Below are positions 46,151 through 56,823 of a DNA stretch of 64,000 nucleotides, one piece after another. Both the position numbers and the translations under genes were made by a program. Within the stretch, counting starts at the first letter, position 1; each line of letters opens with the position of its first letter. The stretch lies in the IMG/VR virus record IMGVR_UViG_3300044641_005643. One strand, 5' to 3'. The DNA is from a virus. The notes under the pieces were generated by a model, which was not told where the DNA came from, made no database searches, and saw nothing but the letters and a program-made list of their open reading frames with translations.

Positions 46151-47116
46151 ATGACATACGTGCAAGGTGGTTTAATTGAAGCCCAAGATTATAACAATCT
46201 ATTGGGAGGTAATGCAACATCTAATTCTAATACCTTAGATGCAGTATGGGCATGGGGGAATGGTAGTCGAGGATACGGTCAGGCCAACCTTGCCAATGTT
46301 GCAGTGACAGGCACAGTTACAGCTACAAACTGGGCTTCGCTAATAAACATTTTGAATAGTGCTAACTTACATATTAGGAATACCACATCTGGTTTAACTG
46401 CAAATACTGCAGGACAATTGATTGGACATTCAGGTTTTTTAACTACAGCTATCCAACGACTCAATCAAGATAGGTTACTGTTTGCAACCAATTCCGCGGT
46501 AATTGCCAATCATAATAGTCTAACATCATATCCCGCATGGCAAGTGGCAGATCCACTTGCTACACAAACTGTAACACGTAGTTTTGGTGCTAATGTGGCA
46601 TTTCAGAGTCCTGACAGAGCCAGATTCTTTTTCAACGCCGGCGGTCGTTTGAAGTTCAATGTATCTGCCACCAATAATCTTGGTGCAGGAGTTGCCGGAC
46701 AAAGATCCCAATCTATTGTCAATTTGTTTACCAATTTGGGTGGAGTGGCATTGATTGCAGCTAACACCAATGCTGGCAGAACTGGAGCTGGCGGAACCTT
46801 GGTGACTAATAATACTGCTTTAGGATATTACCAAGCCACAATTGCAAACACAGCTATAGTTTCAGTTACAGGAACTACAGCGGAATACACTACTGACTCG
46901 GCCACTATAACTTATCGTACCAATGGCAGACAAGGGCAACACAACGACAACGGATCTATATTGAGTTTTTGGGTGAACGTAACCAATACCACTGGAACCG
47001 GTACCGGATACAATGACGCAATTGATGTTACGGCAACAGTAACAGTAGATGTTTCCTACCCAGAAGTAACCAATCTCGCCAATACCTGGGGTGCCGTCAC
47101 TGTTACCAGACAGTAA
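46151..47116 (+). CDS. Virion structural protein (fibre/baseplate associated)
   Basis: MTY..GGLIEA.DYN, GYGQ, ARFFFNAGG. Thr/Asn/Ala-rich. Confidence 0.6.
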   Translation: MTYVQGGLIEAQDYNNLLGGNATSNSNTLDAVWAWGNGSRGYGQANLANVAVTGTVTATNWASLINILNSANLHIRNTTSGLTANTAGQLIGHSGFLTTAIQRLNQDRLLFATNSAVIANHNSLTSYPAWQVADPLATQTVTRSFGANVAFQSPDRARFFFNAGGRLKFNVSATNNLGAGVAGQRSQSIVNLFTNLGGVALIAANTNAGRTGAGGTLVTNNTALGYYQATIANTAIVSVTGTTAEYTTDSATITYRTNGRQGQHNDNGSILSFWVNVTNTTGTGTGYNDAIDVTATVTVDVSYPEVTNLANTWGAVTVTRQ

Positions 47117-47125
47117 CAAAAAAAA

Positions 47126-47154
47126 TTTACTTTTGTCAATTTTTATTGTAAAAT
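47126..47154 (+). promoter_or_regulatory. Sigma70/T4-early-like promoter heading the modification cluster
   Basis: A-tract (UP-like), TTTACT-17 nt-TAAAAT, upstream of ATG 47183. Confidence 0.5.
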
Positions 47155-47182
47155 TTAAGTATTTTACCTTTGAAAGAAAATC

Positions 47183-47497
47183 ATGACAGACGTAGATTCA
47201 TTAGTCCAAGAAGTCAAGTTGGCCACTGATTTCCAGATTAACAAAAAAATTCTAAAAGAAAAAATTCAGACTGATTTACATCTGACACACAACGGTGGCA
47301 TGTTCAAAATTACACCAGAGTTGTTGGCTTTTGTTCAAACTTGGCCGGTTGATGAATTATATTTAGAAGATGTTTATGAAAGTCCAATCAAGATTGATCG
47401 GCAAGCTTTTTTAATCACAGCACAACAACATTATCAAACAGTAATGAACAGATGGCATCAAGCATATGCAGAACTCAAACAAATTAGAAAAATCTAG
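47183..47497 (+). CDS. Hypothetical protein (104 aa)
   Basis: First ORF of the cluster, overlapping the next gene. No recognised motif. Confidence 0.7.
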   Translation: MTDVDSLVQEVKLATDFQINKKILKEKIQTDLHLTHNGGMFKITPELLAFVQTWPVDELYLEDVYESPIKIDRQAFLITAQQHYQTVMNRWHQAYAELKQIRKI

Positions 47498-48248
47498 AGG
47501 AATTTTGGCGTTTGCATACAATGTTGATACAATTGATTACGAATCAATTGCATACAAAACTCTTGAAGTTGCAAGTCAAAAATTACAATTGCCCTACACT
47601 CTGATTACAGACAAAGAATTATCAAACCATACAGAAAATATTAGATACAGTATTGATGAACACGCATTTATAAAATGGAGAAATGTTGGCAGATATCATG
47701 CTTTTGAACTTTCACCTTATGATGAGACATTGGTAATTGATGTTGATTATTTAATTTTAGAAAATAATTTAAACAAGATATTTGACTGCGATTGGGATTA
47801 TCTATTACAGAGACACAGTTTTGCTCTCACACAACAATGGCCAAAACTAATGGGTACTTCGAGCTTGCCGTATATATGGGCAACAGTTTTTGCATTTAGA
47901 AAAACTAAAAAATCAAAATTATTTTTTGATCTAGTTGGTAAAATTCAAAGGAATTATTCCTATTATTATTCTTTGTTTAATGTCAATGAAAGAAACTATA
48001 GAAATGACTATGCGTTTTCAATAGCGGACATTATACTTAATGGTTATAACCTAGAAAGTCATACCATTCCAGGAAACATGCTGGCTGTGAACCAAGTCAT
48101 TGATACTATAAAATTATTCAATAACAGTTTAATAATTAAAGATTCTAAAAAATCCTATGTTGTTCCTAAAATGAATTTGCATATAATGAGCAAGGCATAT
48201 TTACAAAGTGACAATTTTGAAACATTCATAAACGAGATACTAGAATGA
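47466..48248 (+). CDS. GT-A fold glycosyltransferase (GT8-like)
   Basis: GILAFAYN..IDY, SPYDETLVIDVDY (DxD), RNDYAF, late His. Confidence 0.65.
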   Translation: MQNSNKLEKSRGILAFAYNVDTIDYESIAYKTLEVASQKLQLPYTLITDKELSNHTENIRYSIDEHAFIKWRNVGRYHAFELSPYDETLVIDVDYLILENNLNKIFDCDWDYLLQRHSFALTQQWPKLMGTSSLPYIWATVFAFRKTKKSKLFFDLVGKIQRNYSYYYSLFNVNERNYRNDYAFSIADIILNGYNLESHTIPGNMLAVNQVIDTIKLFNNSLIIKDSKKSYVVPKMNLHIMSKAYLQSDNFETFINEILE

Positions 48249-49066
48249 ATCATAAAGAACAATTGGGTTTTTTGACAGTGGCATGTAATAATGATATTGA
48301 TTATTTGCAATTGGCTTATGTACAGGCGTTGAATATTAAAAAAACTCAGAAACACAATAAATTTGCAGTGGTGGTAGATAATCATACCAAAAAATTTATC
48401 ACAAAAAAGCACGAACAAATATTTGATTATGTTATCCAGGCACCTGATCACGATTTTGGAAAATTTGGAACTGAAGCATTTTTATTTGAATTAACCCCAT
48501 TCAAAGAAACAATCAAAATTGAAAGCGATTTGTTATTCACAAGAAGTATAGATCATTGGGTTAATGCATTTAGATTACGAGACGTAGTTTTAAGTGTTGG
48601 GTGTAAAAATTATCGGCAAGAAACATCAGACGTAAGATATTATAGAAAAACATTTGATGATAACAATTTGCCAGATGTTTATAATGGTTTGATGTATTTT
48701 AGATTTACGCAGACTGCCAAAAGTTTTTTTGATAAAGTGAAATTAATTTTCGACAATTGGGTTCATATTCAAAGTTGTTTAAGAAATTGTAGAGAAGATA
48801 CTGCCAGTACAGATTTAGTTTTTGCCATAGCCGCAAGAATGATTGGTGAAGAATTATGCACTTTGCCTAGTGCAGATTTTATAAATTTTGTGCATATGAA
48901 ACCTGCTATTAATGAATTTGATCACAGTCTTGTTTTTAAAGAAGTTTTTGTTACTGAATTCAACGAAGGGATGATCAAAATAAACAATATCAATCAATAT
49001 CATCCATTACATTACTATGATAAAAATTTTATTACTCAGGAAATGATTGAATACTATGAACGATAA
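48245..49066 (+). CDS. GT-A fold glycosyltransferase, paralog of 47466
   Basis: GFLTVA.N..IDY, TPFKETIKIESD, YNGLMYF, STDLVFA, FVHMKP. Confidence 0.65.
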   Translation: MNHKEQLGFLTVACNNDIDYLQLAYVQALNIKKTQKHNKFAVVVDNHTKKFITKKHEQIFDYVIQAPDHDFGKFGTEAFLFELTPFKETIKIESDLLFTRSIDHWVNAFRLRDVVLSVGCKNYRQETSDVRYYRKTFDDNNLPDVYNGLMYFRFTQTAKSFFDKVKLIFDNWVHIQSCLRNCREDTASTDLVFAIAARMIGEELCTLPSADFINFVHMKPAINEFDHSLVFKEVFVTEFNEGMIKINNINQYHPLHYYDKNFITQEMIEYYER

Positions 49067-49427
49067 CTTTTGGGATGAAGTTTTTAAACTAGTAGAAGAA
49101 TTTGATGCCCAGCGACCTGTAGTTTGTAAGCAAAATAGGTTATACTATAACAATGATGGCAGTGTAATAGGTTACTATGAGACCAATCATCCTGCGGGTG
49201 ATAATTATATTATTCTAGATGATCCAAACCTATTCTTCAAAAACAACACTCATTTACTAAGAGTTAAAAATAAAAAATTAACCTTGTTAGATGTCAAACG
49301 GCCCAATAAAGTTAGATTGAAACGTGCTAGTTCGGGATTTAGCACAGTTAAAGGGCACTCTGCAATACTATTAGAACAAAACGAAACTTATAATGACGTA
49401 GATTATTATGACTACCAAAACGATTGA
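49047..49427 (+). CDS. Hypothetical protein (126 aa)
   Basis: Overlaps both neighbours in the operon. Confidence 0.65.
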   Translation: MNTMNDNFWDEVFKLVEEFDAQRPVVCKQNRLYYNNDGSVIGYYETNHPAGDNYIILDDPNLFFKNNTHLLRVKNKKLTLLDVKRPNKVRLKRASSGFSTVKGHSAILLEQNETYNDVDYYDYQND

Positions 49428-50337
49428 TATAGCAGATTTAGATTGTATTTTTTTAACATATGACGAACCTAAAAAAGAAGAGTTTTGGATACGTATTCAA
49501 AACATGGTACCGTGGGCAAAGAGAGTGGATGGCGTTAAAGGATCTGACGCTGCACACAAAGCAGCCGCTGCCGCAAGTGACACAGAAAGATTTGTTCTGA
49601 TTGATGGAGACAACATACCTGATCCTGGATTTTTTAACTTACAACTCCGGCTGGACGAAAGGAATCATGACCATGTTTTTAGATGGAAGGCACGTAACAT
49701 AATAAATGGTTTGCGTTATGGCAATGGCGGTGTAAGTTGCTGGACTCGAGAGTTTGTTTATAACATGCGCACTCACGAAGCAAGCGACGGCACAGAAGAA
49801 ACGGCTGTGGAGTTTTGTTTTAATCCAAAATACACAGCCATGCACAATTGTTATAGTACAACCTATCCTAATGGTAGTGCCAAACAAGCATGGCGTGCTG
49901 GCTTTCGTGAAGGTGTAAAGATGTGTCTTGATCGAGGTCACAAACCTTCCTTACAGGAATTTGAAGAGGGTGTGAATAAAAGAAACTACGATCACTTGTG
50001 TATATGGCAAAGCGTAGGCGCTGATGTGGAAAACGGTTATTGGGCCATGTACGGAGCCAGACTAGGCACATACATGATCATGCTAGAAGGTTGGGATCAT
50101 CATCAAGTACAAGATTTTGACATGTTAGAAAAGTTATGGTCAAGCTTCGGTAAAGAAGATCCTGCGGAAGGATGCGAACAAATTGCAAATTCATTAACTA
50201 CTAGATTAGGATTACCTATTGTCACTTATACCCCAGAACAGAGTCAATTTTTTAAACATCATTATTCAACTGGTCAAAGAAATAGTGAAATCATGATGAC
50301 TGAAATTGATGTTATTCGCAGGATCGAAGGATGGTAA
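49408..50337 (+). CDS. GT-A (GT2-like) glycosyltransferase
   Basis: IFLTYDEP, RVDGVKG...AH.AAA, FVLIDGDN (DxD), AWRAGFRE. Confidence 0.6.
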   Translation: MTTKTIDIADLDCIFLTYDEPKKEEFWIRIQNMVPWAKRVDGVKGSDAAHKAAAAASDTERFVLIDGDNIPDPGFFNLQLRLDERNHDHVFRWKARNIINGLRYGNGGVSCWTREFVYNMRTHEASDGTEETAVEFCFNPKYTAMHNCYSTTYPNGSAKQAWRAGFREGVKMCLDRGHKPSLQEFEEGVNKRNYDHLCIWQSVGADVENGYWAMYGARLGTYMIMLEGWDHHQVQDFDMLEKLWSSFGKEDPAEGCEQIANSLTTRLGLPIVTYTPEQSQFFKHHYSTGQRNSEIMMTEIDVIRRIEGW

Positions 50338-51707
50338 GCGATTTTCTATCTGCAGCAGAAAAAATGAAAGACCAATTGGGTCATAGTCTATGCTTGGCCA
50401 AGTGGCAACAGGTCAGTCTGCACCTTCCTACAGGATTGACCAACAGTTGTTATCATCCACCGTTACACGAAATAGATGCTACATTATTAAAGGACAATCC
50501 CAGTGCCTTACACAACACACCATATAAAAAAGAACAGCGTAAGATTATGTTACGTAATGAAAGACCGCAAGAATGTAGCTATTGCTGGACGCAAGAAGAT
50601 TTAGGAAATCTAAGTGACAGACATTACAGATCAGGTGAGCCCTGGGCCGCAGAGCATTTTGAAACAATCACAAATTTGTCGGGCAATGAAGACGCAATTC
50701 CAAGCTATGTGGAGGTCAATTTCAATCATGCTTGCAATCTCAAGTGTTCCTATTGTAGCCCTCAGTTTAGTAGTAGCTGGGATAATGAAATTAGACGTTA
50801 TGGAGGATATCCCACTAGTACTACTCATAATGATCCATCTCATTTTACCGGTCGTAGACGACCTATCCCCACTAGAGAAAACAATCCATATGTTGATGCA
50901 TTCTGGGAGTGGTGGCCAAGTTTATATCCAAAACTGAAACATTTTAGAATGACCGGCGGCGAGCCATTAATGGATCGTAATACCTATCGAGTGTTTGACT
51001 ATGTGTTGGCGTTTCCTAAATCAGATTTGCACATCGATGTCACCAGCAATTTCAGTGTAGAAGAAAAGTTGTGGGATCAATATTTAAATTATGTCAAGCA
51101 ACTATGTAATACAAATATTGAACATTTCATGCAATATGTTAGTTTAGATTCCTGGGGCGAACATGCAGAATACATTAGACATGGTATGGATTTTTGGAAG
51201 GTGGTTAAACGAGTAGATCATTATTTAGAAGAGATTCCTTCTCGTAACAGTTTAACTTTTATAATCACCATGAGTAATTTGAATATATTAGGACTGCGTC
51301 GTTTATTAGAACTGGTTTTAGATTTACGAGACATACACAGCAAAACGTATCAACGAGTTTGGTTTGATACTCCAATCTTGAGACAACCCACTTGGCAAAG
51401 TTTACAAATATTACCGCCGGTGTACACCAAACGATTACAAGATGTAGTTGATTGGATGCAAGCCAATTTGGAAAAACCACAACGCCCATTTCAAGGATTC
51501 AAAGATTACGAAGTGCAAAGAATGCAACGAGTACTAGATTGGATGCAACAAGGTAGCAAATTAGATCAAGAATATGTTACAATACAAAGAGCAGATTTTT
51601 TTAGATTTTTTAACGAACACGACAAACGCAGAGAAACCAACTTTTTAAATACATTCCCAGAAATGCGAGAATTCTGGGACCAGTGTAAATATTACGCCAT
51701 TAACTAA
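50331..51707 (+). CDS. Radical SAM protein, N-terminal Twitch-like domain
   Basis: CLAKW...SCYHP...CSYC, then CNLKCSYC, TGGEP. Confidence 0.9.
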   Translation: MVSDFLSAAEKMKDQLGHSLCLAKWQQVSLHLPTGLTNSCYHPPLHEIDATLLKDNPSALHNTPYKKEQRKIMLRNERPQECSYCWTQEDLGNLSDRHYRSGEPWAAEHFETITNLSGNEDAIPSYVEVNFNHACNLKCSYCSPQFSSSWDNEIRRYGGYPTSTTHNDPSHFTGRRRPIPTRENNPYVDAFWEWWPSLYPKLKHFRMTGGEPLMDRNTYRVFDYVLAFPKSDLHIDVTSNFSVEEKLWDQYLNYVKQLCNTNIEHFMQYVSLDSWGEHAEYIRHGMDFWKVVKRVDHYLEEIPSRNSLTFIITMSNLNILGLRRLLELVLDLRDIHSKTYQRVWFDTPILRQPTWQSLQILPPVYTKRLQDVVDWMQANLEKPQRPFQGFKDYEVQRMQRVLDWMQQGSKLDQEYVTIQRADFFRFFNEHDKRRETNFLNTFPEMREFWDQCKYYAIN

Positions 51708-51710
51708 ATT

Positions 51711-52832
51711 ATGTCCGAAACTTTTTGTATAAAACCATGGGAGCATACTTGTATAAGAACTAATGGCAATTTTACACTCTGCTGTTTTAGTTCAGAATTG
51801 GCAAATCATAATATAAAAAGTTCTACTTTAGAGCAATGGTGGAATAGTGATTTTGTTAAAAACGTAAGACAACGGATGCTGGCAGGAGAACGTCCACATG
51901 CTTGTAATGTCTGTTATATACAAGAAGATAATGGAGTAGAAAGTTTTAGAATACGTTCAAATAGAGAATATAAAATTTTTGATGATGCAGTAGAGCACAA
52001 GCTCAAATTACTTAAATATCCAAAAAATCTTCCTGTTAATATAGAGATGCAACTTACAAACCTATGTAATCTTAAGTGTGTAAGTTGTAACGAGAGTGAA
52101 AGCAGCAGCATCCTGCATGAAAACAAAATATTAAAAATAAACTTAGAAAACCAATCGCAGTTTGACATTACTGATAATGAATTACATGTTTTGAAAGAAT
52201 TGTTACACACAGGATTGAGAAAATTGGTATTAAGAGGAGGGGAACCTTTGATTGTACCACAAGTCAAAGCCCTGCTAAAATATGCTGTAGATAATCATTT
52301 AATAGATAATACCATTATAGTGTTAGTTACAAATGGAACTAGATTTAATCAAGAATGGTTTGATATACTTTCAAAAATTAAAAAACTAAAAATACACATG
52401 AGTGTAGATGGTGTAGGCAAGTTAAATGATTATTTGCGATTTGGTAGCAATTGGAATCATGTTGAACAAAATTGTAAATTGATGTCAATGATACCAAATG
52501 TAAATTTTTTTATTCATGCTGCTATTTCAAATATGAATATTTTACATATAGATAAATTGATAGATTGGTGTGCGGAAAACAAATATTATTTAAATTATGA
52601 TTTAATTACTCAACCAGTAGAATTTGAAGTAACAAATTTGCCAGATGAATTAAAAACACTGGCTATAGAACGGTTAAAAAACAAAAAAGAAATGAGCAAT
52701 ATAATTAATAAATTAAAGAATAGTTTGGTTATTCGTAATTGGGAAAAATTTAAAAATACTATAAGCCTAAGAGAACGTGTTAGAAAAAATAGTATAATAG
52801 AAGTGGTACCTGAATTAAAAAATTACTTGTAA
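51711..52832 (+). CDS. Radical SAM protein, N-terminal SPASM/Twitch domain
   Basis: CIKPW...LCC...CNVC, then CNLKCVSC, GGEP, TNGT, SVDG. Confidence 0.9.
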   Translation: MSETFCIKPWEHTCIRTNGNFTLCCFSSELANHNIKSSTLEQWWNSDFVKNVRQRMLAGERPHACNVCYIQEDNGVESFRIRSNREYKIFDDAVEHKLKLLKYPKNLPVNIEMQLTNLCNLKCVSCNESESSSILHENKILKINLENQSQFDITDNELHVLKELLHTGLRKLVLRGGEPLIVPQVKALLKYAVDNHLIDNTIIVLVTNGTRFNQEWFDILSKIKKLKIHMSVDGVGKLNDYLRFGSNWNHVEQNCKLMSMIPNVNFFIHAAISNMNILHIDKLIDWCAENKYYLNYDLITQPVEFEVTNLPDELKTLAIERLKNKKEMSNIINKLKNSLVIRNWEKFKNTISLRERVRKNSIIEVVPELKNYL

Positions 52833-52838
52833 TTTGTT

Positions 52839-54179
52839 ATGACCGAAACCAATTTAGAATACAAAATTAGAGTCATTGATAGTAAATCAAAATCATTTTG
52901 TGGCGCGAAATGGTACAATGCAACTATATGGTTAGGAAGTGGTATGACAACCAGTTGCCATCATCCATTGCCTCATAAAATTGATCTGGATGACATTAAA
53001 AAAACGCCTTCAGCTTTACACAATACTCAGCAAAAGAAAATAGAGCGCGAACAAATGCAGCGCGGTGAGAAGCCAAAAGGTTGCGAATATTGTTGGAAAA
53101 TAGAGGACATTGGCAGAGATAACATTAGTGATCGGGTCTATAAAACTAAAATTTTTTCTGAAGAGGATTTAAATTATGCATTTAGAACATCAGCCTCAGA
53201 AGATATCAATCTTCGCACTCTTGAAATCAGTTTTGATCGTACTTGTCAGTTTGCTTGCTCTTATTGCAACCCTGCATTCAGCAGTACTTGGGTCAAAGAC
53301 ATTAATACCAATGGGCCTTATGTGGAACTTGAGTCTGACGGTAGGAACCATTTTACTCATAGTCATGATAGTGCTCAGTTGTTTAAATTTGGTCAAGATA
53401 ACCCATACGTCACGGCATTCTTCCAGTGGTGGGAATCAGATCTCCACCGAACCTTAGATGAATTGCGTATAACCGGCGGCGAACCACTCATGTCAGGTTA
53501 TACCTGGCAATTGCTTGATTGGTTTAAGGCCAACAAAGGAAAATCTAAAACCAGACTTGCAATCAACAGTAACCTAGGAACTCAAGTTGATCTCGATCGT
53601 TTATTTTCAAGTGTGGACGCACCCATTGACTTATACACTAGTAATGAAAGCGTCGGCGCTCATGCAGAGTATATTAGAAATGGATTGGCCTGGGACGATT
53701 GGGCTAGTACTGTAGAACTTGTTTGTGATAATTATAGTGGAAACAAATTGCGTGGCCTACACATAATGTGCACCATTAATGCTCTATGTTTAGAAAGTCT
53801 TACAGAGTTTTTAGATTTTATTGTTGATTGCAAAATGTGTTATGGAAAAAACTTTCCTAGCTTTACACTTAATATCTTACGATTTCCTTCTTTTCAAAGT
53901 CCTTTGATATTACCAGATGATATCAAAACTAAGTATAAATTAAACTTAGAAAAATGGTTAAGTTCGAATAATACAGAGTGGTTGCATGAACACGAAGTTA
54001 ATCACCTACAAAGACTAATTGATTATCTTGACGTAGTGAAAACGCCTCATGCTAATTCTGCTGAACAAATAATTTTACAAAAAGATTTTAAAAAATTTTA
54101 CGCTCAGTACGATCAACGAAGAAATAAAAATTTTTGCACCACGTTTACGGGTTTAGCAGATTGGTATAAAAGTATATGA
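52839..54179 (+). CDS. Radical SAM protein, N-terminal Twitch-like domain
   Basis: CGAKW...SCHHP...CEYC, then CQFACSYC, TGGEP. Confidence 0.9.
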   Translation: MTETNLEYKIRVIDSKSKSFCGAKWYNATIWLGSGMTTSCHHPLPHKIDLDDIKKTPSALHNTQQKKIEREQMQRGEKPKGCEYCWKIEDIGRDNISDRVYKTKIFSEEDLNYAFRTSASEDINLRTLEISFDRTCQFACSYCNPAFSSTWVKDINTNGPYVELESDGRNHFTHSHDSAQLFKFGQDNPYVTAFFQWWESDLHRTLDELRITGGEPLMSGYTWQLLDWFKANKGKSKTRLAINSNLGTQVDLDRLFSSVDAPIDLYTSNESVGAHAEYIRNGLAWDDWASTVELVCDNYSGNKLRGLHIMCTINALCLESLTEFLDFIVDCKMCYGKNFPSFTLNILRFPSFQSPLILPDDIKTKYKLNLEKWLSSNNTEWLHEHEVNHLQRLIDYLDVVKTPHANSAEQIILQKDFKKFYAQYDQRRNKNFCTTFTGLADWYKSI

Positions 54180-55615
54180 ATAAATTAAACAAAACAGCTT
54201 ATGAATCTCTTGCTGGGGAAAATTGGCCAACTTATGAAGATTATTTAGAAGACAAAATTAATGACAACATTATCCGTTTAGAATTGAAACATCTCGAAAA
54301 AGAATCAGCAGAAATAAACAGAGGGTACGATTATAATTCTTTGAAGCCATTATATATAAATTTTAATGAATTGTCTGCTGATCAAAAATACAAATTGACT
54401 GAAAGTAAAACATTTTGTATGATGCCGTGGGTGCATATGCATGGTTTTCCGGACGGTCGTGCATATGTTTGTTGTTTTAGTGATTATTGGCATCCCGTTG
54501 GTGATTTTAGAAAAAATACCATGAAGGAAATTTGGAATTCAGATGGATACAAAGCACTTCGAAAAAATATGATAAATGACCAGCAATCAAAGGAATGTTC
54601 AAAATGTTACGAACAGGAAAAAAATGGATTTTTTAGTTTGCGAAATGATGCAAACAAAACTTATGGTCATCATATTAATGATATTCAAAAAACTAACGAA
54701 TCTGGAAATCATCCGGAATTTAAAATCAGGTATTGGGACGTAAGATTTAGTAATCTCTGTAATTTTAGTTGTAGATCGTGTGGGCCGGTGTTCAGTTCAA
54801 ATTGGTTTAATGATCATGTTAAACTTTACAATAGAAAACCAGATGTTCTTGGAAGGGAGATGTTAAGAGTAGAATACATTGCCGGTGACGAAGATGCAAT
54901 GATAGAACAAATGCTACCACACATTCCATATCTTGAACAAGTATATTTTGCCGGCGGCGAACCACTAATAATGAAAGAACATTATTTTTTATTGGAAAAA
55001 CTATTAGAACATGGGAAAACAGATATCCGTATTTTATATAACACAAATTTTAGTGAATTAAGATATAAAGATAAACACGTATTTGATTATTGGAAACACT
55101 TTAAAAATGTAGGAGTAGGTGCAAGTCTGGATGCTAGTGGTGCCAGAGGAGAACTGATGCGTAAAGGACAAAATTGGAAACAAACTTTAGAAAATCGTAA
55201 GTTGATGATTGAACAAGTGCCTCATGTTAATTTTTATATTAGTGCAACTTTAAGTGCAATGAATATTCTTCACATACTTGATTTTCATAAAGAATGGGTA
55301 GAGTTGGGCTTGATTGAACCAAAGGATTTTAACGTTAATATTTGTCAAAGTCCTGAATGGTATAGAATAGATATACTTCCAGAAGATTTTAAAAACAATG
55401 TTGTTATTCCTGCCTTTGAAAAACATATTGCTTGGTTGCAACCACATGATAAATTAGAACGTGCTACTAATGGATACAAAGCCGCTCTTAATTTTATTGC
55501 AGCAAATGATAACAGTCATTTGCTTCCTACATTTATCCAAGAAGTTGAAAAATTAGACTATGTTCGTAAAGAAAATTTTTGGAATACATTTTCTGAATTG
55601 CAATTTTTAAAATGA
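54176..55615 (+). CDS. Radical SAM protein, N-terminal SPASM/Twitch domain and WP leader
   Basis: CMMPW...VCC...CSKC, then CNFSCRSC, AGGEP, YNTN. Confidence 0.9.
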   Translation: MNKLNKTAYESLAGENWPTYEDYLEDKINDNIIRLELKHLEKESAEINRGYDYNSLKPLYINFNELSADQKYKLTESKTFCMMPWVHMHGFPDGRAYVCCFSDYWHPVGDFRKNTMKEIWNSDGYKALRKNMINDQQSKECSKCYEQEKNGFFSLRNDANKTYGHHINDIQKTNESGNHPEFKIRYWDVRFSNLCNFSCRSCGPVFSSNWFNDHVKLYNRKPDVLGREMLRVEYIAGDEDAMIEQMLPHIPYLEQVYFAGGEPLIMKEHYFLLEKLLEHGKTDIRILYNTNFSELRYKDKHVFDYWKHFKNVGVGASLDASGARGELMRKGQNWKQTLENRKLMIEQVPHVNFYISATLSAMNILHILDFHKEWVELGLIEPKDFNVNICQSPEWYRIDILPEDFKNNVVIPAFEKHIAWLQPHDKLERATNGYKAALNFIAANDNSHLLPTFIQEVEKLDYVRKENFWNTFSELQFLK

Positions 55616-56823
55616 ATTTACCAAGTACAATATGTATGTTACCTTGGATTAGCATAGAAACTAGTCCAATTGGCACTGCTAGACCCTGTTGTCTGGCTAG
55701 AGAAGAAATTACCAATAATGAAGGTGTCAAATTTGATCTCAATCAAGATAATCTGGAAACTATATACAACAGTGATTACATGCAAAAATTACGCAAGCAG
55801 TTTCGTGCAGGTCAAAAACCAGAAACATGCAAGTTATGTTGGGACGAGGAAGCTGCAGGAAGAACAAGTAAACGTATCAATAGTAGAATTAGATTAAAAG
55901 AATTATATTCAGAGGTTGATTGGGAAAATGATAAACCAAATCAACTTTGGTTCTTAGATCTCAAGCTAGGAAACATTTGCAATTTAAAATGCCGTATATG
56001 CGGATCCTGGTCTAGTAGTAAATGGGCTGCAGAAGAACTAGATTACATTCCAAAAAGTGCTGACAAAAAACAACATATTGCTTATCAATGGTTAAAACAA
56101 GGAGCATGGCCTCGGAATCAAGATACAAATTTTTGGAACAATTTAAAAGAATTGTTGCCTAATATTAAATATCTGGAATTTACCGGCGGAGAACCGTTCC
56201 TCATCCAGGAACATTTTGATTTGCTAAAATTTGCAGTTGATAATGGATATAGCAAAAATATAGATATCCATTACAATACAAATGGCACAGTAGATCCGGA
56301 CGAATCTCACTTATGGCAACATTTTGGTCGTGTTGATATTGCGTTTAGCATTGATAATGTTGGTAAGCGTTTTGAATACGAACGATATGGCGCTAAATGG
56401 GAAGAAGTAAACGATAACATTATATGGATTAGTTCCTACAAACAACATAACAACAACATTACTACTCAACTTTGCTTAACTGTGAATATACAAAATGTGT
56501 ATTATTTAGATGAATTATTAGCCTGGGCAGATAGTAAACCGTTTGATAACATTTATTTCAATATGATGCACAGCCCAGATCATATGAATATACAGCACAT
56601 GACCCCAGCCGCAAAGGAATTAGTTTTGAATAAACTAAAAACAACATTTTGGACTGCTAAACATTACCAACGTGAAATAGATAATATTATAAAATTTATA
56701 GAATTAGGTACAGGTAGCGATGGCGCAGAATTTTTACAAAGAATGAAACAAACGGATCTTTATAGAAATCAAAATTTTTCTGATACTCACCCAGAAATAG
56801 CACGAGCGATGGGTTATGATTAA
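55612..56823 (+). CDS. Radical SAM protein, N-terminal SPASM/Twitch domain
   Basis: CMLPW...PCC...CKLC, then CNLKCRIC, TGGEP, NTNGT. Confidence 0.9.
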   Translation: MNLPSTICMLPWISIETSPIGTARPCCLAREEITNNEGVKFDLNQDNLETIYNSDYMQKLRKQFRAGQKPETCKLCWDEEAAGRTSKRINSRIRLKELYSEVDWENDKPNQLWFLDLKLGNICNLKCRICGSWSSSKWAAEELDYIPKSADKKQHIAYQWLKQGAWPRNQDTNFWNNLKELLPNIKYLEFTGGEPFLIQEHFDLLKFAVDNGYSKNIDIHYNTNGTVDPDESHLWQHFGRVDIAFSIDNVGKRFEYERYGAKWEEVNDNIIWISSYKQHNNNITTQLCLTVNIQNVYYLDELLAWADSKPFDNIYFNMMHSPDHMNIQHMTPAAKELVLNKLKTTFWTAKHYQREIDNIIKFIELGTGSDGAEFLQRMKQTDLYRNQNFSDTHPEIARAMGYD

